From an uncultured Clostridium sp. (GTDB lineage: Bacteria > Bacillota_I > Bacilli_A > Acholeplasmatales > Anaeroplasmataceae), in NCBI GenBank assembly GCA_964524125.1, contig CAZGBY010000002.1, positions 1-52,354 on the forward strand: a stretch of DNA of 52,354 nt. Reading direction: 5' to 3'. The translations under genes and the position numbers were made by a program. Positions 10,034 to 17,940 of the stretch are shown here, piece by piece. Every line of letters starts with the position of its first letter. The first letter of the stretch is position 1. The notes under the pieces are model-generated. The model saw nothing but the letters and a program-made list of their open reading frames with translations, searched no databases and was not told the DNA's origin.

Positions 10034-10738
10034 TTACCTTTTAGCTATTTCATACATTAAAATAGCCCCAGCTACTCCAACATTTAAAGATTCTGTGTTA
10101 ATCATAGGTATATATAAGTTAGTAAGTTCTAAATTTCTTATCTCATCTGATACACCATTACCTTCATTTCCCAAAATTAATATTACTTTATCTTTAAATT
10201 CTATTTCTTGAGGTGTATGACCATTTTCAACATTTGTAGATAATACTTGATACTCGTTTTTATATTTATTAATGAATTCAATCTTATCTCCATATATAAA
10301 ATTAAGTTTAAAAATAGCGCCTTGAGATGATCTAATAACTTTATCATTATAAATATCACAAGTACCTTTAGCTAAAAATATAGTATCAAATCCAAAAGCT
10401 TTAGCACTTCTAAGTAAGGTACCTAAATTACCAGGATCTTGAATCCCATCAAGAAATAATACTCTATCAGTAATTTTAAAATTATTATTGATATAACAAA
10501 TACCTATTTGAGGCACAACAGTATCTGTTTGAGATATTTTTTTCATTACTGCCTCACTTACAAGTTCACCTTCATATTTATCTGAAATAGTATACGATTC
10601 TTTTAACACTCCACACATTTTAGCTTCTTTTACTAAATGAGGACCTTCAACTATAAATAAGCCTTCTTCATTTCTATACTTTGAATTTCTTAGTTTAACT
10701 ATTTTCTTAATTTTTTCATTATTTACACTTTCAATCAT
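10034..10738 (-). CDS. TrmH/SpoU-family RNA 2'-O-methyltransferase
   Basis: Motifs: DGIQDPGNLGTLLRSA, ILGNEGNGVS, SLNVGVAGAILMYE. The start is ATG 10738, or TTG 10747. Confidence 0.8.
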   Translation of the reverse strand: MIESVNNEKIKKIVKLRNSKYRNEEGLFIVEGPHLVKEAKMCGVLKESYTISDKYEGELVSEAVMKKISQTDTVVPQIGICYINNNFKITDRVLFLDGIQDPGNLGTLLRSAKAFGFDTIFLAKGTCDIYNDKVIRSSQGAIFKLNFIYGDKIEFINKYKNEYQVLSTNVENGHTPQEIEFKDKVILILGNEGNGVSDEIRNLELTNLYIPMINTESLNVGVAGAILMYEIAKR

Positions 10739-10789
10739 ACAAATCAATCCTTTAAATTATTTATAAATATTTTAACATTAAAATATATT

Positions 10790-10823
10790 AAAATCCACTC
10801 TTAAGATAATTTTAAGAGTGGAT
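10790..10823 (-). terminator. Terminator downstream of the SASP gene
   Basis: 12-bp stem ATCCACTCTTAA (10793-10804) / TTAAGAGTGGAT (10812-10823), with a short T-run on the minus strand. Confidence 0.55.
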
Positions 10824-10829
10824 AAATAA

Positions 10830-11162
10830 TTATTTATTTTGTTTTCCTTTGTTCACTAATTTCTTAGTCATAGAACCTCCAACACGACCATTTTGTCTTG
10901 CAGACGCATCTGGACCAAGTTCAACTCCAAGTTCTGAAGCTGTTTCATATTTCATTGATTCAGTATCAGTTGTTTGCTTAGCACGATTTACCAATTCCTT
11001 AGTTACAGAACCTCCAACACGACCATTTTGTCTTGCGGATGTATCTGGGCCAAGTTCAACTCCAAGTTCTTGAGCAACTTCATATTTCAAATTACTATTT
11101 GTAGCAGCTTGTTTTTGGTAATTTTGATAATTAGCGTTTGCTCCTTTTTTATTAGATGCCAT
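10830..11162 (-). CDS. Alpha/beta-type small acid-soluble spore protein with two tandem SASP domains
   Basis: The core appears twice: KYEVAQELGVELGPDTSARQNGRVGGSVTKELV and KYETASELGVELGPDASARQNGRVGGSMTKKLV. Compare the canonical KxEIAxEFGVxLG...TSRxNGSVGGEITKRLV. Confidence 0.85.
   Translation of the reverse strand: MASNKKGANANYQNYQKQAATNSNLKYEVAQELGVELGPDTSARQNGRVGGSVTKELVNRAKQTTDTESMKYETASELGVELGPDASARQNGRVGGSMTKKLVNKGKQNK
10850..11100 (-). repeat. Intragenic 135-bp (45-codon) duplication generating the two SASP domains
   Basis: GAACCTCCAACACGACCATTTTGTCTTGC starts at both 10873 and 11008. The flanking sequence is near-identical. The outer boundaries are approximate. Confidence 0.8.
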
Positions 11163-11186
11163 TATAATTGCACCTCCTTACATAAA

Positions 11187-11215
11187 TAGTTTGGTACAAT
11201 TATTAAATTTTATAC
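11187..11215 (-). promoter_or_regulatory. Forespore sigma-G (or sigma-F) type promoter for the SASP gene
   Basis: The minus strand reads GTATA, then 17 nt, then CAAACTA. This fits the consensus GHATR-N17/18-CAHWHTA and lies about 25 nt upstream of the GGAGGTG RBS. Confidence 0.6.
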
Positions 11216-11217
11216 AA

Positions 11218-12456
11218 TTATTTTTTATAATTATTTAATGCATCTCTTACTTCTAGACCTAATAATGATAGATCTAAATCACTTTCAGGTGATAAATGAA
11301 TTGTTATTGTGTTTTCAACACACCAATCAACTAAAGCTTCAAAATCAATTTCGTTTTCATAAGAAATAGCTCTATCAAGTTTTGGTGCAGTAGCTGGATT
11401 TTTAGGTAAATATACAGTACAACAATCTTCAAATGGCCTAATTGACATTTCATAAGATCCTATCTTATGAGCTATATTTACTATATCTACTTTATCATAT
11501 ACAGCAAGTGGTCTAATTACTGGTATATTAGTCACATCGTTAATTGTATACATAGATTGTAATGTTTGTGAGGCTACTTGTCCTACAGATTCACCATTAA
11601 TTAAACATAAACAATTTCTTTTCTTAGCAAGCTTCGTTGCAATTCTATACATCATTCTTCTCATAATAGTAATTATATAAGAATCAGGTACTTTATCTAA
11701 AATAGCCATATGTAATTCTTTAAATGGAACCATATGAAGAGCCATTCTATTTTCTTTAGAATAAGCTGATATAAGTTTAACTAAATCCACAACCTTTTGA
11801 CTAGATTCAATAGATGTTAAAGGTGTAGATTCAAAATGTAAACATTCAACTTCTATACCTTGTTTTTGAGCAAGATATCCTGCAACGGGTGAATCAAGGC
11901 CACCTGATAACATAAGCATTCCCTTTCCTGCTACACCTACTGGGAATCCGCCCATACCACGAATTGCATTTAAATATAGATATGTTCCATCTTCTCTAAT
12001 TTCACAAGTTAATAATTTTTGTGGATTATGAACATCAACATTTAAAATCTTCATTTCCTTTAAGATGTAAGAAGATAAAATCTTAGTCATTTCTTGAGAA
12101 TTAATAGGGAATTTCTTATTAGCTCTTCTTACTTCTAATTTAAATGTCGAAGGTTCTTTAATTTCATTTTTCAAAAGTAAAACGCTATTTTTCTTAATTT
12201 CTTCTTCTGTTGATTCGCTCTTTAAACATAAAGAATAAGAATAAAGTCCTGATACATGGTCAAGTGCATTAATAACCTTCTTATATTCTTCATCTTTTAA
12301 ATCAATATAGATTCTATCGTGACGATTAATAATATCTACATTTAGCCCTTCTAATTTTCTTCTAACAAGTGCGTATACCCTACTTAAGAATTCTTTTTGA
12401 TTTCTTCCTTTAAGTGTCAGATCACCAAATCTAACTAATATTTGATTATATATCAT
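11218..12456 (-). CDS. thiI: tRNA 4-thiouridine synthase (THUMP plus PP-loop, no rhodanese domain)
   Basis: PP-loop SGGLDSPVA. N-terminal ILVRFGDLTLKGRN, typical of ThiI. Confidence 0.9.
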   Translation of the reverse strand: MIYNQILVRFGDLTLKGRNQKEFLSRVYALVRRKLEGLNVDIINRHDRIYIDLKDEEYKKVINALDHVSGLYSYSLCLKSESTEEEIKKNSVLLLKNEIKEPSTFKLEVRRANKKFPINSQEMTKILSSYILKEMKILNVDVHNPQKLLTCEIREDGTYLYLNAIRGMGGFPVGVAGKGMLMLSGGLDSPVAGYLAQKQGIEVECLHFESTPLTSIESSQKVVDLVKLISAYSKENRMALHMVPFKELHMAILDKVPDSYIITIMRRMMYRIATKLAKKRNCLCLINGESVGQVASQTLQSMYTINDVTNIPVIRPLAVYDKVDIVNIAHKIGSYEMSIRPFEDCCTVYLPKNPATAPKLDRAISYENEIDFEALVDWCVENTITIHLSPESDLDLSLLGLEVRDALNNYKK

Positions 12457-12458
12457 AA

Positions 12459-13943
12459 TTAAGCCTCCATTGCATTTCCATTTATTTTAAAATCAATATC
12501 ATAATATTTAACTAAATTACCTTTACAAGCAAATAATCCTAAATACATATATTTATTATCAACTGCTTGAAGATCAAAGTCTAGACATTCGTTTTCATAT
12601 GTAAATTTATCATTTGATACACGTAAGATTATTCTTTGACCAAGTCTTTCTAAATAAATATTAAATATATCTCCTTCTTGATAAAGATCTAAAACATTGT
12701 TTTTAAATCGAGATATTTCAGTAGTAGATTCTCTTTTATAATTGACAGAGTATGAACTAGAATCAGTAAGTATACCTGCAACTACAAAATTAGATGCACA
12801 TATAACTTTAGATACTTTTTGATTTAAATACATATCATCCCTTAACATTATACCAAATGCTGATTGTTCCTTATAATTAAGTTTTTCTACTTTACATTTT
12901 AAATTTATAGAAAAATTTAAATTTAATGGAATTTGTTTAAATACTCCACAAATAGTATCACTTGTTGCACAAATCCCACCTAATATTTTATTTCCTATTT
13001 GTCCAATAGTAAATGATTTATCCATTTTATCATATGAAATAGTATACCCATCTTCTTTTAAATCAGTTGTCCCAATATTTCCAAACACACTACTTTTAAA
13101 TCCATCTATTTCTATATTAAATACTTCATCTTTTGTATTATAATTTGGAATTTCATATAAAGACAATTTAAATTCAGGATTCATTTTAAGCTCATCTATA
13201 CTAGGTCTTTTTAGATTAATAATATGGTCTTTTAATGATAAGTTGCTTTCTTTAATTTTCGATAATATATAATAAGCTACAACTTTAGCCCCATACGAAT
13301 TTAAATGTGTTTTGTCAACAGATTTAGGATCGCATACAAGTTTATCATCAACTAATTTTCCATTTGTCATTGCATGAAAATATATAGCTTTATTAAATCC
13401 CTCTTTAGCGTCTAATATTGTAGGTGTTGTTAAATCTATAACTAAAACATTAAGTTCATTGCCTAGTTCCATAATTGAATTCTTATATGAACCATTTATA
13501 GTTTCATGAATAATATTCCCTTCATATAATTCATCTTTAGTTATACGGCATATTGGAGTACAAAGTATTGGTATTGCACCTTTATCTATAATGTATTTTA
13601 TATAATTATTATATAAACTATATTTAAAAGAATTAGGATTATTAATATCTAAAGAAGCATTTGTAAATCTTGAAATATCATCTGATTTTTGATCATTATG
13701 TCCAAATCCAATAAATACATAATCTCCCCTATTTAAACTATTTTTAAATATTTGATAATTTTCTTCTTTTATATAGCTTTTAGAACTTCTACCTGACAAA
13801 GCTAAATTAACAACTTCTACATTATCATCTAAAAAGCATTTCATTCTAGTTCCATATCCATATCTAGGATAAAAATATGATGTATCATTAAAAGATGATA
13901 CAGTAGAATCACCTAACATATATATTTTAATTTTATTTTTCAT
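12459..13943 (-). CDS. SGNH/GDSL hydrolase (rhamnogalacturonan acetylesterase-like) with an uncharacterised roughly 230-aa C-terminal beta-rich domain
   Basis: Block I GDSTV, block II LSGRSS, block III GHNDQ, block V DKTHLNSYG. Confidence 0.7.
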   Translation of the reverse strand: MKNKIKIYMLGDSTVSSFNDTSYFYPRYGYGTRMKCFLDDNVEVVNLALSGRSSKSYIKEENYQIFKNSLNRGDYVFIGFGHNDQKSDDISRFTNASLDINNPNSFKYSLYNNYIKYIIDKGAIPILCTPICRITKDELYEGNIIHETINGSYKNSIMELGNELNVLVIDLTTPTILDAKEGFNKAIYFHAMTNGKLVDDKLVCDPKSVDKTHLNSYGAKVVAYYILSKIKESNLSLKDHIINLKRPSIDELKMNPEFKLSLYEIPNYNTKDEVFNIEIDGFKSSVFGNIGTTDLKEDGYTISYDKMDKSFTIGQIGNKILGGICATSDTICGVFKQIPLNLNFSINLKCKVEKLNYKEQSAFGIMLRDDMYLNQKVSKVICASNFVVAGILTDSSSYSVNYKRESTTEISRFKNNVLDLYQEGDIFNIYLERLGQRIILRVSNDKFTYENECLDFDLQAVDNKYMYLGLFACKGNLVKYYDIDFKINGNAMEA

Positions 13944-14002
13944 ACTACCGAAACCTTTCTAAAAAGATTATACCATAAAGAAAATTTAGATAAAAGTTTA
14001 AC

Positions 14003-14031
14003 TTTACATTTATTTTAAATAAGAGTAAAAT
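14003..14031 (+). promoter_or_regulatory. Sigma-A type promoter for the FNT transporter gene
   Basis: TTTACA (14003-14008), exactly 17 nt, then TAAAAT (14026-14031). Confidence 0.5.
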
Positions 14032-14062
14032 AAACCTTGTATTGTAAAAAGGAAGTAGTTTT

Positions 14063-14731
14063 ATGAGGTATTTAAAAATTTTTATAAGTTCATTCTTAGC
14101 TGGATGTTGTATAGTGTTTGGAGCAACTTGTTTTTTAGTTTGTGCAGCACAAGGTAGTTTTTTACTTAAATTAATTGGTTCATTTATGTTTGGAATTGGA
14201 CTGTTTACAATTATACATTTTAAATTTTGGTTATATACTGGAAAAGTAGGTTATACACTTGATAATAAACCCAAATATATCATAGATTTACTTGTATGTT
14301 TAGCTGGTAATTTAATGGGCGTTATTCTTCTTTCTAGTATCTTAAAATCTACATATATAATTAATGATAATATAATTTCATTTTGCAAGAATTTAGTTGA
14401 GACTAAGCAAAATGAAAATTGGTATGAAGTTCTAATATTAGGGTCTTTATGTGGAGTTATGATTTATCTTGCGGTTGAAGGACATAAAAAGGTTGAATAT
14501 ACTATTGGAAAGGTACTATTTGCATTTATGCCTATATCATTATTTATCCTTTGTGGATTTGAACACGTTGTAGCAAATGCATGTTACTACACATATGCTG
14601 GTATATTTAATTTAAAAGTATTACTTTGGTTTTTATTAATGGGTGTTGGTAACGCAATAGGTGCTATTTTATTTGATGGGGCAATTAAATTAATTAAATA
14701 TATTGAAAATAAAGAAATTAATAATCAATAA
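14063..14731 (+). CDS. Formate/nitrite transporter (FNT) family membrane protein
   Basis: It is polytopic and carries the FNT-type signature CGFEHVVANACY. Confidence 0.7.
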   Translation: MRYLKIFISSFLAGCCIVFGATCFLVCAAQGSFLLKLIGSFMFGIGLFTIIHFKFWLYTGKVGYTLDNKPKYIIDLLVCLAGNLMGVILLSSILKSTYIINDNIISFCKNLVETKQNENWYEVLILGSLCGVMIYLAVEGHKKVEYTIGKVLFAFMPISLFILCGFEHVVANACYYTYAGIFNLKVLLWFLLMGVGNAIGAILFDGAIKLIKYIENKEINNQ

Positions 14732-14735
14732 TATA

Positions 14736-14775
14736 TAAAAAACAATCACTGCACTGTGGCAATGATTGTTTTTTA
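14736..14775. terminator. Bidirectional terminator between convergent genes
   Basis: ACAATCA (14742-14748) / TGATTGT (14763-14769) with an inner TGC/GCA pair. It is flanked by an A-run and a T-run. Confidence 0.5.
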
Positions 14776-15429
14776 ATCTAATAATTCTTTATATGATTTA
14801 ATAAATAGATGAGAATATTCTTTCTTTAAATCTATAACATTTTGTTCATGTATATCATCAACTGCAACAGTTATAAAACCGGCATTGAATGAAGTTTTTA
14901 AAGCTGTAGGAATATCTTCAAATACTGCACATTCAGATATTTTTACTCCTAAATTTTGCGCTGTATAAATATAAATTTCAGGACTATCTTTTCCATTTTT
15001 AAATTTAGATACATCGCATATGAAGTCAAAGAAATGATCTATTTTATTTCTTATTAAACAAGGCATATAAAACTCTTTGCTATTAGCAGTAGCTACAGCT
15101 AATTTAATACCTTCTTCTTTTAATTTTACTAAAAATTCATATACATATTCTTTTATATTTATATCATTTGTATAAGCATCTATAGCAGAATTGTTCCATT
15201 CTTTAATTATTTCTTCTTCTGTTTGGGGCAAATCAAATCTTTCTTTTGTATATTTTGCAGCTTTAGTTAGGCCTAAATGTGCAATCGCATCTGCATAATC
15301 AGATGGCATTTCTATATTTCTCTTTTTAAAGAAATTTCTATCAATTTCTGCCCACATACCAAGAGAATCAAATAATGTACCATCTAAATCAAAGATAATT
15401 CCTTTTACTTCTTTATTATCTAATTTCAT
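14773..15429 (-). CDS. HAD-superfamily hydrolase (beta-phosphoglucomutase/phosphatase-like, subfamily IA)
   Basis: Motif I IFDLDGTLFDS, with a downstream cap domain and an EDI motif. Confidence 0.8.
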   Translation of the reverse strand: MKLDNKEVKGIIFDLDGTLFDSLGMWAEIDRNFFKKRNIEMPSDYADAIAHLGLTKAAKYTKERFDLPQTEEEIIKEWNNSAIDAYTNDINIKEYVYEFLVKLKEEGIKLAVATANSKEFYMPCLIRNKIDHFFDFICDVSKFKNGKDSPEIYIYTAQNLGVKISECAVFEDIPTALKTSFNAGFITVAVDDIHEQNVIDLKKEYSHLFIKSYKELLD

Positions 15430-15521
15430 TTATTATCACTCATTTCTTAATAATTATATCATTTGAAAATGGTAGAATCAATAAAAAACACATTTTTTAG
15501 CTTACTATGCTCAATTTTCAC

Positions 15522-15550
15522 TTGACAGACTATATACTTTTTAGTAAAAT
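15522..15550 (+). promoter_or_regulatory. Strong sigma-A promoter of rpsD
   Basis: TTGACA (15522-15527), exactly 17 nt, then TAAAAT (15545-15550). Confidence 0.7.
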
Positions 15551-15732
15551 TTTAAAGGCAGGTAAAATCGCAGCAATAATTAAATCCCTTTGGTAAATAT
15601 CCAATCCCTATAGGAGGCATCTAGTAATCTCGGCTGCTTTAGGTGAAAGATGGTAATTGTTGATAGATCAAATATTTAATTATATCGATTCATTTACCTC
15701 TAAAAATATAGACATTATAGGAGGAAATTAAT
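15551..15732 (+). promoter_or_regulatory. Long rpsD 5' leader, a candidate S4 autoregulatory structure
   Basis: The untranslated leader is about 175 nt and locally GC-richer. Complementary segments are visible, for example GCAGC / GCTGC. In Bacillus, S4 represses its own mRNA through its leader. Confidence 0.4.
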
Positions 15733-16332
15733 ATGTCACGTTATACTGGACCAAGCTGGAAAATTTCTCGTCGTCTTGGTTATTCAATCAGCGAAACTGG
15801 AAAAGAAATCGCTAAAAGAAACTATGCACCTGGTCAACATGGTCAAGCTAGAACAAAATTAAAGGAATATGGTATCCAACAACAAGAAAAGCAAAGAGTT
15901 AGATATACATATGGTATGTCTGAAAAGCAATTCCGTAAGGTATTTGCTGAAGCTTCTAAAATGAGCGGTAAAACTGGTGAAAACTTCTTAAAATTATTAG
16001 AATGCCGTTTAGATAACATCGTTTATCGTTTAGGATTTGCACGTACTCGTGCTCAAGCTCGTCAATTAGTAAATCATGGTCATGTTACTGTTGATGGTAA
16101 GAAAGTAGATATCCCTTCTTACAGATTAAAAGCTGGTCAAAAGATTTCTTTAACTGATTCAGCTAAAAAATTCGTAATCGTTACTTCTTCTTTAGAAGCA
16201 ACTGTTGCTCGTCCTGAATATGTTTCTTATGATGAAAATTCATTCACAGGTTCTTTAGTAAGAGTTCCTGAAAGAGATGAATTCTTAAGAGATATCAACG
16301 AACAATTAATCGTAGAATTCTACAACAGATAA
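15733..16332 (+). CDS. rpsD: 30S ribosomal protein S4
   Basis: [17 protein letters not shown]-terminus, an S4 RNA-binding domain ([25 protein letters not shown]), and RBS AGGAGGA. Confidence 0.97.
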   Translation: MSRYTGPSWKISRRLGYSISETGKEIAKRNYAPGQHGQARTKLKEYGIQQQEKQRVRYTYGMSEKQFRKVFAEASKMSGKTGENFLKLLECRLDNIVYRLGFARTRAQARQLVNHGHVTVDGKKVDIPSYRLKAGQKISLTDSAKKFVIVTSSLEATVARPEYVSYDENSFTGSLVRVPERDEFLRDINEQLIVEFYNR

Positions 16333-16342
16333 GAAAATTAAA

Positions 16343-16375
16343 ATCTTTGGAATTAATTTCCAGAGATTTTTTTTG
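16343..16375 (+). terminator. rpsD terminator
   Basis: ATCTTTGGAA (16343-16352) / TTCCAGAGAT (16358-16367) with one G-T pair, then T8. Confidence 0.7.
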
Positions 16376-16405
16376 TTTTATACAAATAATACTTATGGTG
16401 AAATT

Positions 16406-16591
16406 ATGAGTGAAAAATATAATTTTAAAGATACAATTATGGATGAAAGACTAATATCCGAATATAAAGATGAAATTAAACTTGAAGTTGCTAACAGTTT
16501 AGGTATTGATTTTGAAGATGATGCAATAATAACAAATAATAAAATAAATAAAAATATATCTAACAGGAAGAAAAAGAAAAAAAATCAATAA
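16406..16591 (+). CDS. Small hypothetical protein with an N-terminal SASP-like half-motif and a poly-Lys tail
   Basis: IKLEVANSLGIDF resembles the first conserved SASP block. The second block (NGSVGG) is absent. I chose ATG 16406 because the track start at 16373 lies inside the rpsD terminator T-run. Confidence 0.4.
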   Translation: MSEKYNFKDTIMDERLISEYKDEIKLEVANSLGIDFEDDAIITNNKINKNISNRKKKKKNQ

Positions 16592-16652
16592 GGTTTTGAA
16601 TATTAATTAAAATATGTTATAATCATTTTATAAATAAACGGAGTGATTATAA

Positions 16653-17018
16653 ATGAAGATTCAAGAATCAGCTGAAAATTATTTAGAAAGTATTTTAAAA
16701 CTAAAAGAACAATTATCTAAAGTTCGTTCAATCGATATTGTTAATGAACTTGGATTTTCAAAACCTAGTGTTTCAATTGCAATGAAAAATCTTAAAGAAA
16801 ATGGATATATCACAATTGATAAAAATGGTTCAATTGAACTTACAGATAAAGGCTATGAAATTGCAAGTAAAACATATGATAAAGAAAAACTTATTACTAA
16901 ATTATTAACTAAATTTGGTGTTTCCTTAGAACAAGCTCAAATAGATGCATGTAAAATAGAACATGTTATTTCTGAAGAATCAGTTAAATGTATTAAAGAT
17001 TTCTTAAATGAGGAATAA
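16653..17018 (+). CDS. DtxR/MntR-family metal-dependent transcriptional regulator (short form)
   Basis: N-terminal ESAENYLESILKL and a winged-HTH (FSKPSVSIAMKNLKENGYI). RBS GGAGTGA. Confidence 0.75.
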   Translation: MKIQESAENYLESILKLKEQLSKVRSIDIVNELGFSKPSVSIAMKNLKENGYITIDKNGSIELTDKGYEIASKTYDKEKLITKLLTKFGVSLEQAQIDACKIEHVISEESVKCIKDFLNEE

Positions 17019-17020
17019 AT

Positions 17021-17800
17021 ATGAGAATTGCAAAGAATAATCAAATTATTAAAGATTTAAAGGAACTTCAAAAATCTAATAAATCTGATTTAATATATGT
17101 TGATGATTTATCAAGTATTAAAGCATATGTAAATAAAAATAATAAAGTAGAAACATTCTTATATTGTGACGAAATAGAATATCATGAAGACACTTTATTA
17201 TTAATTAAAAAAATAGAGAAGCTTGCAAATAATACATATACAATATCTAAACAAACTTATGAATCTTTAAGACTTAAAGAAAATTCTGCAGGATTAATAT
17301 GTACAGTTAAATTTATTAACCATCCTTTAGATGATTTAAAAAATGAGGAAGTAATTATTGTATGTGATAGACTTGAAATACCTGGAAATATTGGTACTAT
17401 TTATAGAACTATGGAAGCAACCAAATTCAACGCAATGATATTAACTGACGCTGTCGTTAAACCCCAAAGTGCTAAATTATGTCAAGCATCACGTGGTGCA
17501 AATTTATTAATACCTACTTCTTCAGTTACATATGAGGAAGCTCAAAAATGGTTACTTGATAATGGATATGAGATATTTTTAGGAGAACCTAATTTAGGAT
17601 TATCATATAAAGATTATGATTATAAAGGGAAAATTGCAATTGTTGTAGGTCATGAACGATTTGGAATTAATGATAGTTGGTATAATAATCCTCACAAAAA
17701 AGTATTCATTCCTATGTTTGGTTCTAATAATAGTTTAAATGTAGGAGTTGCGGCTTCTATACTTATATATGAAGCTAAGATGAAGAAAATAAATGAATAA
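17021..17800 (+). CDS. TrmH/SpoU-family RNA methyltransferase
   Basis: Motifs: EIPGNIGTIYRT, VVGHERFGIN, SLNVGVAASILIYE. It starts 2 nt after the regulator gene. Confidence 0.8.
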   Translation: MRIAKNNQIIKDLKELQKSNKSDLIYVDDLSSIKAYVNKNNKVETFLYCDEIEYHEDTLLLIKKIEKLANNTYTISKQTYESLRLKENSAGLICTVKFINHPLDDLKNEEVIIVCDRLEIPGNIGTIYRTMEATKFNAMILTDAVVKPQSAKLCQASRGANLLIPTSSVTYEEAQKWLLDNGYEIFLGEPNLGLSYKDYDYKGKIAIVVGHERFGINDSWYNNPHKKVFIPMFGSNNSLNVGVAASILIYEAKMKKINE

Positions 17801-17827
17801 AGTTTGGGATTATCCAAACTTTTTTTA
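17801..17827 (+). terminator. Terminator of the regulator-methyltransferase pair
   Basis: AGTTTGG(G) / (T)CCAAACT stem with loop ATTA, then T8. Confidence 0.7.
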
Positions 17828-17843
17828 TAGAAAAAGTGTAAAG

Positions 17844-17873
17844 CACTAAGACTCTACACTTTCATTATTTTCT
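17844..17873 (-). repeat. Left copy of a perfect 30-bp direct repeat: a duplicated tpiA 3' end (last 9 codons plus stop) and part of its terminator
   Basis: CACTAAGACTCTACACTTTCATTATTTTCT is identical to 20321-20350. An imperfect extension of about 13 nt (17831-17843) completes a minus-strand hairpin plus T-run, which would terminate the ABC gene. Confidence 0.9.
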
Positions 17874-17940
17874 TTTTCTCATTAAATAATGTACTCTGAT
17901 TTAGTAGTATAATTGTATAAAATATTTATGTTCAACTTTT

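Noticed and set aside
16373-16405. The ORF-track start (16373) for the 72-aa ORF after rpsD
   Set aside because: The first 11 codons overlap the T-run of the rpsD terminator and have no RBS. ATG 16406 sits behind GGTGA and is more plausible.
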